Below, one piece after another: positions 8,474 through 17,012 of a DNA stretch of 64,000 nt; positions within the stretch are counted from its first letter, which is position 1, and every line of letters starts with the position of its first letter. Location: NCBI GenBank assembly GCA_001772335.1, contig METM01000024.1, forward strand, positions 307 through 64,306, written 5' to 3'. The position numbers and the translations under genes are program-made. The stretch comes from a candidate division WOR-1 bacterium RIFCSPHIGHO2_01_FULL_53_15 (GTDB lineage: Bacteria; Margulisbacteria; WOR-1; O2-12-FULL-45-9; XYB2-FULL-48-7). The notes under the pieces were generated by a model, which saw only the letters and a list, made by a program, of their open reading frames with translations, was not told where the DNA came from and did no database searches.

Positions 8474-10504
8474 TTAATTGCCTCCCGGCGCGGCTTCAAT
8501 TTCTGTCGCCAGATTGATGAGCGCCTGTTTCAGTTGTTCTTCCTGTTCGGTTGGCGCCGGGTTGGCGTCAAGCGCGTCATAAAGAGGGCCGATGGCGGCG
8601 CTTATTTCGCGCGCCCTTTCAATCGAGGGGATCGCAACTTCCTCCGCGATGATCCTATTAATAATATTTAGCATTTCAGCTGGCGCCCGGGTTAAATATT
8701 TTATGTCAATAAGGGAAAGCTCGTCAGCCGGGAGAGCAACCGGCCCCTGGCTATCAGTTTGCTCCAGGCCCTCGCCGAGATAAACATTCAGGTCATTGAT
8801 CAATTTCGCATAGTTGTCATAGTCCTTGCCTTTGATCATTTTCAGGGCGATCTCGAACAGTTTTTTGTCGACTTCATCAGGGCGATTGATCGCCTTAAGA
8901 TGTTTGCCGCTTTTCATGAGCTTTAACAATTCGGGCAGTGTATTGGCTTTGCCCTCCAGGGGAGGGTAGCCGAGCGTTGTTTCCAGCAGGGTCCAGCCAA
9001 GAGAGGCAATATCCTCCCGGGTTAATTCCTCGGAGCTTAAATCATGGAGCGGCTGTTTATCAAACAGCTTGCCGTAAGCCAGCTCAACTGTTTTCGGGCC
9101 CCAGTAGAGCGGGGTGCCGACCAGTCCCTGCAGTTCTTCCGCGTCCCCGGCGGAAACATCCAGGCCTGTGCCCCAATCGGTCCAGACCCAGGTCCAATCC
9201 TTAGCTGACACATCACCGCGCGATTCGCTCATCAGCACAAAGGCATTTCCCGGTTTGATGTCGCGATGGACGAAATCGACCTGTTTTGCTTCCTTGAGCG
9301 TGGTGGCGGCCTGCCTGAAGAGCCGGGCGATCGCCTTAGCGCTGAAGGTCTGGCTTTTACTCCTCATGTCTTTAATGAGTTTCCCCAGATCAAGACCGGC
9401 CAGAAACTCCATCACGATCACCGGTCGGCCGTCAGCAGTGTCGCCGCTGTTAATAATGTTAGCGATGTGCTTTTGAAAGGCCGGGTCGATGGCCGCTCTC
9501 AGCCGCTTCATGACATCGGCTTCCTTGCGGAGATCAGCCGGAGATTGTCCTGGTTTTGCCAGCTTGAGCGCCACAACCTTGCCGTTCTGATCTTTAGCGC
9601 GGAACACTTCGCCCATGCCGCCCGCGCCGATCGGTTCGACATCGGTGTAAGTGATTTTGCCAATGGTCAGGGTTTTGACGACTTCGGCCGCTTCAGCGTC
9701 TACCGGCTTTGGCGGCAATATTTCCTTGAGCTTTAAAAGCAGGCGTTTGATCACAAGCCCGTCGGGCAGAGATCCGATTATTTTTTCCAGTGTTTCGAGG
9801 TTGAATTTTAGCGAATCGGGCGTTCCCTTTTTTCCCTCTTCCATATATTTAGCGTAATAATCGTAAGCGGCAAAGATCGGCAGGAAATCCCTGGCCTGTT
9901 TCTTATCGAAAAGTGTTAAAGCCCAGTCGCGCATTTTATATCTGGCGATGGCTTCGCGATATTCAAGATCCGCATGAAGGTCCGCCACTGCCTGTCTCGC
10001 CCGCGCCGGCCGACGGGCTAAGCGGTAGGCGCCGTAGCCGGCCAGCGCCGTGATCAGCAGGCCGGGGACGACCCCAAGGAGGAGGCCGGCGTTGACGGAG
10101 AGCAGGGCGAACGTATACGCGCCGATGTTGGGCGTAAACCATGCCAAGACCGGAGTTGCCACGCCGGCGAATATGAGGGGCAAAGATCTTAAGAATTTAT
10201 CTTTGAGATTATCGGGATGATTTTTGCGATAATTGTCCAGGGTTTTTACAACATAGGCGAGGTGAAGGTCCGGAGCGGGAGCGGGGGCGGGGGGCGTCGA
10301 CGCGCTGGCGGGAGTTTTGGCCGCTTTGGCGAAGAGATTATTCGGATTAACCAGTTTGATATCACTTGGCCGAAGGCCCGGCATGCCCGCGATCGCGGCG
10401 CCCCTGAAAGGTTCACTGAATTTCCGCGTCGCGTTTCTAACGCCGGCGGCGATTCTTGGCGGAATTTGCCTCCCGGTTTTCGTTAAAAGAAAAATTACGC
10501 TCAT
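8474..10504 (-). CDS. Membrane-anchored Hanks-type Ser/Thr protein kinase (divergent)
   Basis: Kinase motifs: G-loop IGAGGMGEVF, VALKLAK (VAIK Lys), HRDIKPGNAF (HRD/catalytic loop), TDWGTG (DFG replaced by DWG), GTPLYWGP (APE-like). There are N-terminal hydrophobic segments (LPLIFAGVATPVLAWF, AYTFALLSVNAGLLLGVVPGLLITALAGYGAY). The start is uncertain (no SD; alternative Met41). Confidence 0.85.
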   Translation of the reverse strand: MSVIFLLTKTGRQIPPRIAAGVRNATRKFSEPFRGAAIAGMPGLRPSDIKLVNPNNLFAKAAKTPASASTPPAPAPAPDLHLAYVVKTLDNYRKNHPDNLKDKFLRSLPLIFAGVATPVLAWFTPNIGAYTFALLSVNAGLLLGVVPGLLITALAGYGAYRLARRPARARQAVADLHADLEYREAIARYKMRDWALTLFDKKQARDFLPIFAAYDYYAKYMEEGKKGTPDSLKFNLETLEKIIGSLPDGLVIKRLLLKLKEILPPKPVDAEAAEVVKTLTIGKITYTDVEPIGAGGMGEVFRAKDQNGKVVALKLAKPGQSPADLRKEADVMKRLRAAIDPAFQKHIANIINSGDTADGRPVIVMEFLAGLDLGKLIKDMRSKSQTFSAKAIARLFRQAATTLKEAKQVDFVHRDIKPGNAFVLMSESRGDVSAKDWTWVWTDWGTGLDVSAGDAEELQGLVGTPLYWGPKTVELAYGKLFDKQPLHDLSSEELTREDIASLGWTLLETTLGYPPLEGKANTLPELLKLMKSGKHLKAINRPDEVDKKLFEIALKMIKGKDYDNYAKLINDLNVYLGEGLEQTDSQGPVALPADELSLIDIKYLTRAPAEMLNIINRIIAEEVAIPSIERAREISAAIGPLYDALDANPAPTEQEEQLKQALINLATEIEAAPGGN

Positions 10505-10511
10505 TGGCTTA

Positions 10512-12773
10512 TTACAGCGCCCAGGTCGTGACCGATGAATTGATGGTTGTGACCTTGCCGTAGCTGTCTTCGATCTCCAGCTCGACGGTGAAAGTGCCGG
10601 TCGTGGTGATATATGTGTAATCGGTTATGCCGTCAAAGATGCCGTCCGGCGCGCTGCCCGCGGTTTCTTCGTAGATCGAGCCGTCGCCAAAAGTGAATTT
10701 GTAGCGGACGACCTGCGCTCCGGCCGCGGTGGCGTGGCTCTGCGAAGCGTCGAAGGTGGCGGTGAAAGGGACCGGCCCCATATTGGTCGGCTGGATCGCT
10801 AAGCTGGCGACCGGATTGCCGTGAGGCACGACATTTATTTCCGACCGTATGTAGAGCTTGTAATCGGGATCGGCAACGTTCGTCAGCGTAACAACCAGGC
10901 CATACTTGCCGGGTGCGGCGTAGGCATGGCTAACGGCCGTGCCGCTCTCGATGGCTGAACCGTCGCCGTACTGCCAGTCGACCGTCCAGGCGGCGGGATC
11001 GTCCAGCGTGATGGCCATGTTGACCGCGGTCTCTTCTTCCGCCGAACCGGGGACGTCCAGTTGATAGGTCGGGGGTTCGACCGTCTGCGGGACGACGGTG
11101 ATACTCTGGGTGACGACGCTCTTGACCGTCGGGTCGTCGAGCCGGGCGACCGTGAGCATGACGGTGTAAGTGCCGGTTTGAGTATAGGCCTTAGGAGCCG
11201 GGATCGAGCCGGAGCCGGTCGTGCCGTCACCGTAATCCCAGGTGTAGGAGTAGATGGCTTCATCGGCATTGGCGGCGGAGAGCGCGATATCCTGGTTGAC
11301 CTTGGCGCTGAAGGGTCCGATGATTCCCGCCTGCGGGACCGCGACAGAGACAGGATAGACGGAGATGGGCCTGATCTCGTAATTTTTGGTCGCGCCGTCG
11401 GCGCCGGTGACCTCGAGCCGGAAGTCATAATCGCCCTTGAGAGCGAAAGTGTAGGAGAGGATGGTGGCGTCGTCGAAGGTCTCGATATTGCCGTCCGGGG
11501 TGGTGATGCTCCACTTGAAGGTGGCGTAGAGATCGTCGGAATAAGCGGCGATGTCGGTCTGGGTGTCGCCCTCATTATATGAATACTTGAGGTTGCCGGA
11601 GATGACAGCCGAAGGGATGGCGACAAAGGCGGAGACAACCGAGACCGACTGGGTCAGATAATATTTGATGGACGTGTCGCTCTTGTTGGTGGCGGTGAGC
11701 TTGACGGTGTAAGTTCCCAACTGAGTATAGGCGTGGCTGACGGCGGTGCCGGCTTCGAGCGGCGAGCCGTCGCCGTATTCCCAGGTATAATCCCAGTTGG
11801 CGGTGTCGGGATTGACGACGGTCATGGCGGCCGCTTCATTAATGTAGGCGGCATAGGGGGCGTTAAGAGAGAGGGCCGGGGGTTCGACCGACTGCGAGAC
11901 GATGGTGATACTCTGGGTGACGACGCTCTTGACCGTCGGGTCGTCGAGCCGGGCGACGGTGAGCATGACGGTGTAGGTGCCGGTCTGGGTGTAGGCCTTG
12001 GCAGCCGGGATCGAGCCGGAGCCGGTGGTGCCGTCACCATAGTCCCAGGTGTAGGAGTAGACGGCTTCATCGGCATTGGCGGCGGAGAGGCCGATATTTT
12101 CGTTTACGCGGGCGGCATAGGGACCGATGATCCCCGCCTGAGGGATTTCGGTTGCCGCTTCGGGATAGAAGCGGTTGAGAATGAAACCAGTATTGCCGTA
12201 GTGATCGCTGGCAGTACAGACAGCGCTGCTCAACATCGGCTGGGAGAAATTGCGCTTCAAGTCTTCATCCGCCTTGTAGGTGAGCACAAGATTGCCAAGC
12301 GGATCGAGCGAGCCGTTGGGCGGCAGGGGCTGGCCTGCTTCGGGGACAAACTTGCACGTGACGGTGATCTTGTCGTAGGAGCCGTCACAACTTTCGGCAT
12401 ACGGCTTGACCGTGGGCCAGCTCACCGGCGCGCCACCCTCCTGGGCCAGCGCTTCGGCGCCGACATGGAATGGGTTCGGATCGATGGCGACGGGATATTG
12501 GGGATCGTTCTGTTTGAGTATTCTCGGATTTCTGCCGCCGGTGGAGTTGCAGAGCGAATTGGCTTTGGTCGTATCCTCCCCGCCGCAGCCGGCCGGGACC
12601 GCAGAAGCGATAAGATGCGCGGCGCCAAGCAATATCCGGCCGCCGGCTTTAACAATAGACATATTCGACGCGTCTTTTTCGGCTACGGCTGCCGCCTGAT
12701 CCCAGCTTTTACCTTTATATAGGACATTATCCCAGAATGCTCCCGCGAATTTAATTAACGATACATCGCTCAT
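10512..12773 (-). CDS. PKD-repeat surface protein with long N-terminal extension and lipobox-like motif
   Basis: There are at least 5 PKD-like units (YTWDYGDGTTGSG...AYTQTGTYTVMLTV, WEYGDGSPLEAGTAVSHAYTQLGTYTVKLTA, WQYGDGSAIESGTAVSHAYAAPGKYGLVVTL, FTFGDGSIYEE...). AGGAGG SD lies 8 nt before the ATG. Hydrophobic GGRILLGAAHLIASAVPAGCGG sits at aa ~45-66. Confidence 0.85.
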   Translation of the reverse strand: MSDVSLIKFAGAFWDNVLYKGKSWDQAAAVAEKDASNMSIVKAGGRILLGAAHLIASAVPAGCGGEDTTKANSLCNSTGGRNPRILKQNDPQYPVAIDPNPFHVGAEALAQEGGAPVSWPTVKPYAESCDGSYDKITVTCKFVPEAGQPLPPNGSLDPLGNLVLTYKADEDLKRNFSQPMLSSAVCTASDHYGNTGFILNRFYPEAATEIPQAGIIGPYAARVNENIGLSAANADEAVYSYTWDYGDGTTGSGSIPAAKAYTQTGTYTVMLTVARLDDPTVKSVVTQSITIVSQSVEPPALSLNAPYAAYINEAAAMTVVNPDTANWDYTWEYGDGSPLEAGTAVSHAYTQLGTYTVKLTATNKSDTSIKYYLTQSVSVVSAFVAIPSAVISGNLKYSYNEGDTQTDIAAYSDDLYATFKWSITTPDGNIETFDDATILSYTFALKGDYDFRLEVTGADGATKNYEIRPISVYPVSVAVPQAGIIGPFSAKVNQDIALSAANADEAIYSYTWDYGDGTTGSGSIPAPKAYTQTGTYTVMLTVARLDDPTVKSVVTQSITVVPQTVEPPTYQLDVPGSAEEETAVNMAITLDDPAAWTVDWQYGDGSAIESGTAVSHAYAAPGKYGLVVTLTNVADPDYKLYIRSEINVVPHGNPVASLAIQPTNMGPVPFTATFDASQSHATAAGAQVVRYKFTFGDGSIYEETAGSAPDGIFDGITDYTYITTTGTFTVELEIEDSYGKVTTINSSVTTWAL
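11071..12144 (-). repeat. Two ~267-bp near-identical copies (11071-11337 and 11878-12144) inside the PKD gene
   Basis: About 90% nucleotide identity by eye over the first ~210 bp. The encoded segments are ...SAANADEA(I/V)YSYTWDYGDGTTGSGSIPA(P/A)KAYTQTGTYTVMLTVARLDDPTVKSVVTQSIT(V/I)V. Offset 807 bp (269 aa). Confidence 0.8.
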
Positions 12774-12806
12774 AGCTTAAATCCTCCTGCTTATACCTAC
12801 CATATT

Positions 12807-12836
12807 ATTATCGTCAGGCCGATGCGAAAATTTCAC
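12807..12836 (-). promoter_or_regulatory. ECF-like promoter motif copy P2 (TGAAAT-N16-CGATAA)
   Basis: Minus strand: GTGAAATTTTCGCATCGGCCTGACGATAATAAT. It starts immediately after the TAA stop of the 1387-aa gene and lies ~30 nt upstream of the PKD gene ATG. Confidence 0.5.
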
Positions 12837-15800
12837 TTATTGTTCAAAGTCGAAATTGATGACAAAGCCCGCGTTCCAGGAATTGACCGGCAGTTTGTAA
12901 TCACCGTTTTTCCGCATGTCCTGGCGAACGCCCTGGTAACCGAGAGAAAGTTTTGGCGTGACGTACGGGATGACCTCGGAGAGGCTGGCCTCCAGGCCGC
13001 CGGCCAGGCCGAAATTGGCCACGCGCCGGGCCGCCCGCTCGTTGCCCCGCCATTCATAGTCGATGCCGGTTTCGCTGATGAACGATGCCCGCGGGCGCAG
13101 GATGAGCGCGTCGTCAAGAAAGCCGTAAACATATTTAAGGGAGGGTAGGGTGATCCGGTTCCGCGACGGGAAAGAACCGTTGTAGGGGAACCGGTAATAG
13201 CTGTATTCGGCGCCGACCGAGAACCGCTCCAGGGCTTCGATGTCCGTATCCTGGCCGACGGTGTAAAATAAATTGGCATAATATGTGCCCAATTCACGGT
13301 TCGCGTTGTCGAGCTCGGCCCGCCAGTAGCTGGTCAGGCCCTGGAGCCCGGCCGTTTCAAAGGGCGAATCGAGCCGCAGGCCGAAGCCGGTGTCGTGGCG
13401 GCGCAGGTATTGCTGGAGTAGCCGGTCGCCGGAGAGGAAATGGCTGGCCAGCCGCCCGTCGGCATCAAGCCCCACCCAGTCGACCGGCGAAAATTCGAGG
13501 CCGGAATAATAACTCTGCAATACGGCCCCGGCTTTGATGTCGGTCGTCATTTTGAGGAAAGGCCGCAGTGTCATCTCGGACGCAAGGTTGAAAGTGTAGC
13601 CGAGTTCTTCGGTCAGGCGGAACTCATGGTTGCCCTGGTCGTCGCCGAAATATTCGACGCCGAGGCGGACCTGCGAATCATCGCCCAGCGCGCGGCGCAG
13701 GCGGCGCAGGTCGCGCTCGATCAGCTCGCGGCGCCAGAGGGTGGCGATGCCGGGCAGGTAGGGCTTGACTTCGCTCAGGGCCCGCCGGAAATCGCCTATG
13801 CGGCGCTCCTCGAGGGCGAGCTGGGCATAGCCAAGCTGGATCTTTGCCAGATAATAATTCTTGAGATCGACGCTCTCGAGCTTGCCGGCCAGGGCCATGG
13901 CCGTTTCATAGTTTGCCCGGGCCTTGGCCGGGTCCTTGATGCGTTTGCCCGCGTCGTCCTTGCCTCGGCCGTAAGTATAAATGTTGCCCTGAAGGATATA
14001 ATATTCAACCCGATATTGCGGCGAGAGATTGTCCGGCTTTAACGCGCCGAGATACTTGAGCGCCGCGTCGAACCGTTTCGCGTAGCTCAGGACTTTGCCT
14101 TTTTCGACGCGCAACTCGCTTATGAATTCATTGACTCTGGCCTCCGAGACGCCGCGGGCCTTGAAGATCGCCCCGATCGCGCTCTTTTCGGCCAGAGCCG
14201 CGTCGATCTCTTTGAGCGAGAGGTCGTAGTCCTTATTGCCGTTGTAATAGAGGATCAGCCCCTTGATGATCCGGGAAGCCAGAAAGACATCGGCCTTCTG
14301 CTTAGGCAGAGCGGCAAGCGTTTTGGCCGCGGCGATCAGGTCTTCGAGCGCGCTTGCCGGATAACTTCTCTGGTAGAGCGAAAACTCGGCCCGGGCCACC
14401 TTGAGCCGGAGATCGTCTTCGGTCCCCGCTTCCGGCGTCTTGAAAATGCTGGAGAAAGCGTCGAACAAGCTCCGCGCCCGGTCGAAATTCCGGCTATAGA
14501 GCATGCCTTCGACCACCCGCAGATAGATCGAGCGGCTGGCGCCTTCTCCCTGGGAGGCGAGCAGGTTATCGGCGATCGCGATGAGCTGGGGGACGCCGGT
14601 CGATCTTTTGGCGATCAGGGCTTCGACGAGCGATTCTTCGGCGCGGCGCCTAAGGTAGGCCTCGGAATCTTTCTTGTCAAGAATGGCATTGGCCAGACCT
14701 ATTACCTCATCGGCCAGGTTGTCCGCCCCTTCCGAAGTTTTGGCGAATTGCTGCCGCAGGACGGCCTCCGCCCGGCCCAGCTGCGCGGCATCGCGCACGC
14801 TCTCGATCAGGCGCGGGTCTTTGATCAGCTTATCGTAGGCGTCGATCGCATTGTCGTATTCCATTGTCCAGTTATAGATGTCGGCCCGGCCGGCCGCCGC
14901 GAAATAATTGAGCGCGATGCCGTCGGCGGAAGAGAAGACGGAGATGGCGGCCTCATAATTTTGCCCGGCCTCGGGGATGCTGGAGAGGGCGAGATAGGCG
15001 TCGCCCCTGATCTGCAGGGCGGCCGAGAGCTGGTAATCGGCCAGGACGCCGTTGTTGGGCGGGGTATACTCCGTGTCGGAAACCAGAGACGGACCAAATT
15101 TGCCGTCAGGGCGGGCGGCCGCGATCAGCTCATCGGCCAATTTGAGCACGGCGCTTAAGATCTTTTCGTCTTTTTTCTGTTGGCCGAGAGCGAGCAGGGC
15201 TTTGGTTTGCGCGAGCCGGACCGGGCCGGCCAGGAGCTTGGTCCGGTCAAACGGCTCCGTCTTCTGCAAGATGGCGAGCGCCCGGGCGCCCTTGGTATCG
15301 GTGAGCGGATCGTAGGCGGGATCAAAGAGGGGGGCGGCCGCTCTCAAGAGGCCGGTGACCTTTTTTTCTTCGGGCAGTTTGCGGCGGACGGCGATCTCGG
15401 CGAGCGAGAGGCGGGCCTTGAGCGTCTGTTCGGCGGTGAGAAAATCCTGCTTATTCAGCGCGGCGGTCAGAATGCCGGAGGCGATATCCAAAGCGGCGTT
15501 CGCGGCGTCTTTCTGCGCCAGGATGATCTCGGCTTTCAAAAGCTGGAGATCGGCGGTGATCGAGTCGCGCCAGAATTTTGTCCCTTCGATCGGGCGGCGG
15601 CCATTAACCTTGATGGCGGCCTGATACTGGGTGGCTGCCTGGCCCAGGAGTCTTTCGGCATGCTCGGCCATGGTCTGGGCCCGATTGAGATAACGCTGGG
15701 AGTCCGACGCCGCTGCTTCGCCCGGCAAATAACTGTGGGCCAGACCCAACTGGTAGAGAGCGGAGGCCCCGAGGACTTCCGTGTCAAGGACATTGATCAG

Positions 15801-17000
15801 ATCGCTGTAGATCTTGTCGTCTTCCGAGTTAATAACAATGGTCTTGTATTGAGTTTCCTCCGCCACGGTCGTGAGCATGACATATTTATTGACCAGTTCC
15901 TGCGACTCCTTCAGGAGAGCGGCGATCTTTTTCAGCCGTTCAACATAGAACGGATGATGATTGGGGGTGTTGATCATCAGCAATTGGGCCTGGAGTTTAA
16001 GCGCCTGGGCCCGATAGCGGTAGGCCTCGGGCCGCATCCGGTCATAACTCGTTATGTCTTTTTTTATCGGGTTGCTGCGGTCCCGGATATATGACGCGAT
16101 GTATTCGTCGGCCAGGCCAAGAAAGTACTGCGTCTTGAAGACATTAAAGTTGCCGGACGGCATTTTGTCGAGTTGAGCAGTGTCGCCGAGGACTTTTTCT
16201 ATCCGCGTTTGCAGATAATTGTAATCGCGGCTTGGGCCGCCGGCGGGGGCGCTGTCGGCGTAGAAGTACTGCGCGATGAGGGCCTCGGCTTCGACCAGAG
16301 GATCGTTCAGCGCTTTGATCTTGCCGCCTTTTGGCGCGATGAGTTTGTCATAGATGTCACGAAAGATCTCGAATTTCTGCTGGCGGCTCATGGGCTGATT
16401 GTCCGGAATATTTGGAATAGCGATGCCAAAGACAAACCCTTTTGCGTGCGGCTGGCCTTCCCCGAATCGCATCCTAAGAAGGCGACGGGAAGAAGGATTG
16501 TCGATATCATTGGCCAGGATCAGCGCGATCCGGGCCCGCCAGTAATTGATGCGGAACGGCGCATCCGGGAAGCGGCGGTCGTCTAAAAGCGGAGCCAGGG
16601 TGATCTCGTCAGTGTACTGGAAAATATCTGGAAAATCTTCGCTCTCGATCGACTTGAGCGTCTTGCCGACACCCCAGTTGTAGCCGATCTCGCGCAGAAG
16701 CAGCCAGCGAATGAGCAGCAACTCATAGAGGACTTTTTTCGGCAGACGACAGCCCTTAAAACCTAAGCGGCGTTCGCCGGTGGCCTGGTCAGTAAATTCC
16801 CAACTGATGTCCGAATTTGAAGTGATGACCGCGTTGAGCATCTTGAAAGTATTTTCTTTGATCTTTAAGTAGGCGTCATTTTTCAGGTCGCAGGCGGTTG
16901 CGCCGCTCTTTTCGGCCGCGCCGCCGCCGGCGACCGGCGCGGACCGGAGCAGAGAGCAAATATCAGGATTGGCAATGCTTAATGTTCCATCAAGACCCAT
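12837..17000 (-). CDS. 1387-aa TPR-like helical-repeat protein with C-terminal beta-strand-rich (barrel-like) region
   Basis: aa ~430-1080 are Ala/Leu/Tyr-rich helical repeats with TPR-like spacing (YEAAISVFSSADGIALNYFAAAGRADIYNWTMEYDNAIDAYDKLI; ARANYETAMALAGKLESVDLKNYYLAKIQLGYAQLAL). The last ~290 aa show ~15 short alternating-hydrophobic strands (VRLGVEYFG, FRLTEELGYTFNL, GFGLRLDSPF, LGTYYANLFYTVG, FSVGAEYSYYRF, ITLPSLKYVYGF, SWNAGFVINFDFEQ). No N-terminal signal peptide is visible. Confidence 0.7.
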   Translation of the reverse strand: MGLDGTLSIANPDICSLLRSAPVAGGGAAEKSGATACDLKNDAYLKIKENTFKMLNAVITSNSDISWEFTDQATGERRLGFKGCRLPKKVLYELLLIRWLLLREIGYNWGVGKTLKSIESEDFPDIFQYTDEITLAPLLDDRRFPDAPFRINYWRARIALILANDIDNPSSRRLLRMRFGEGQPHAKGFVFGIAIPNIPDNQPMSRQQKFEIFRDIYDKLIAPKGGKIKALNDPLVEAEALIAQYFYADSAPAGGPSRDYNYLQTRIEKVLGDTAQLDKMPSGNFNVFKTQYFLGLADEYIASYIRDRSNPIKKDITSYDRMRPEAYRYRAQALKLQAQLLMINTPNHHPFYVERLKKIAALLKESQELVNKYVMLTTVAEETQYKTIVINSEDDKIYSDLINVLDTEVLGASALYQLGLAHSYLPGEAAASDSQRYLNRAQTMAEHAERLLGQAATQYQAAIKVNGRRPIEGTKFWRDSITADLQLLKAEIILAQKDAANAALDIASGILTAALNKQDFLTAEQTLKARLSLAEIAVRRKLPEEKKVTGLLRAAAPLFDPAYDPLTDTKGARALAILQKTEPFDRTKLLAGPVRLAQTKALLALGQQKKDEKILSAVLKLADELIAAARPDGKFGPSLVSDTEYTPPNNGVLADYQLSAALQIRGDAYLALSSIPEAGQNYEAAISVFSSADGIALNYFAAAGRADIYNWTMEYDNAIDAYDKLIKDPRLIESVRDAAQLGRAEAVLRQQFAKTSEGADNLADEVIGLANAILDKKDSEAYLRRRAEESLVEALIAKRSTGVPQLIAIADNLLASQGEGASRSIYLRVVEGMLYSRNFDRARSLFDAFSSIFKTPEAGTEDDLRLKVARAEFSLYQRSYPASALEDLIAAAKTLAALPKQKADVFLASRIIKGLILYYNGNKDYDLSLKEIDAALAEKSAIGAIFKARGVSEARVNEFISELRVEKGKVLSYAKRFDAALKYLGALKPDNLSPQYRVEYYILQGNIYTYGRGKDDAGKRIKDPAKARANYETAMALAGKLESVDLKNYYLAKIQLGYAQLALEERRIGDFRRALSEVKPYLPGIATLWRRELIERDLRRLRRALGDDSQVRLGVEYFGDDQGNHEFRLTEELGYTFNLASEMTLRPFLKMTTDIKAGAVLQSYYSGLEFSPVDWVGLDADGRLASHFLSGDRLLQQYLRRHDTGFGLRLDSPFETAGLQGLTSYWRAELDNANRELGTYYANLFYTVGQDTDIEALERFSVGAEYSYYRFPYNGSFPSRNRITLPSLKYVYGFLDDALILRPRASFISETGIDYEWRGNERAARRVANFGLAGGLEASLSEVIPYVTPKLSLGYQGVRQDMRKNGDYKLPVNSWNAGFVINFDFEQ

Positions 17001-17012
17001 GATTTAAATCCT

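Noticed and set aside
11071-12144. PKD-gene duplicate as a diversity-generating retroelement TR/VR pair
   Set aside because: The mismatches between copies involve all base types (t>a, g>a, c>t, c>g, a>g, t>c...) and are not adenine-specific. No reverse transcriptase is nearby.
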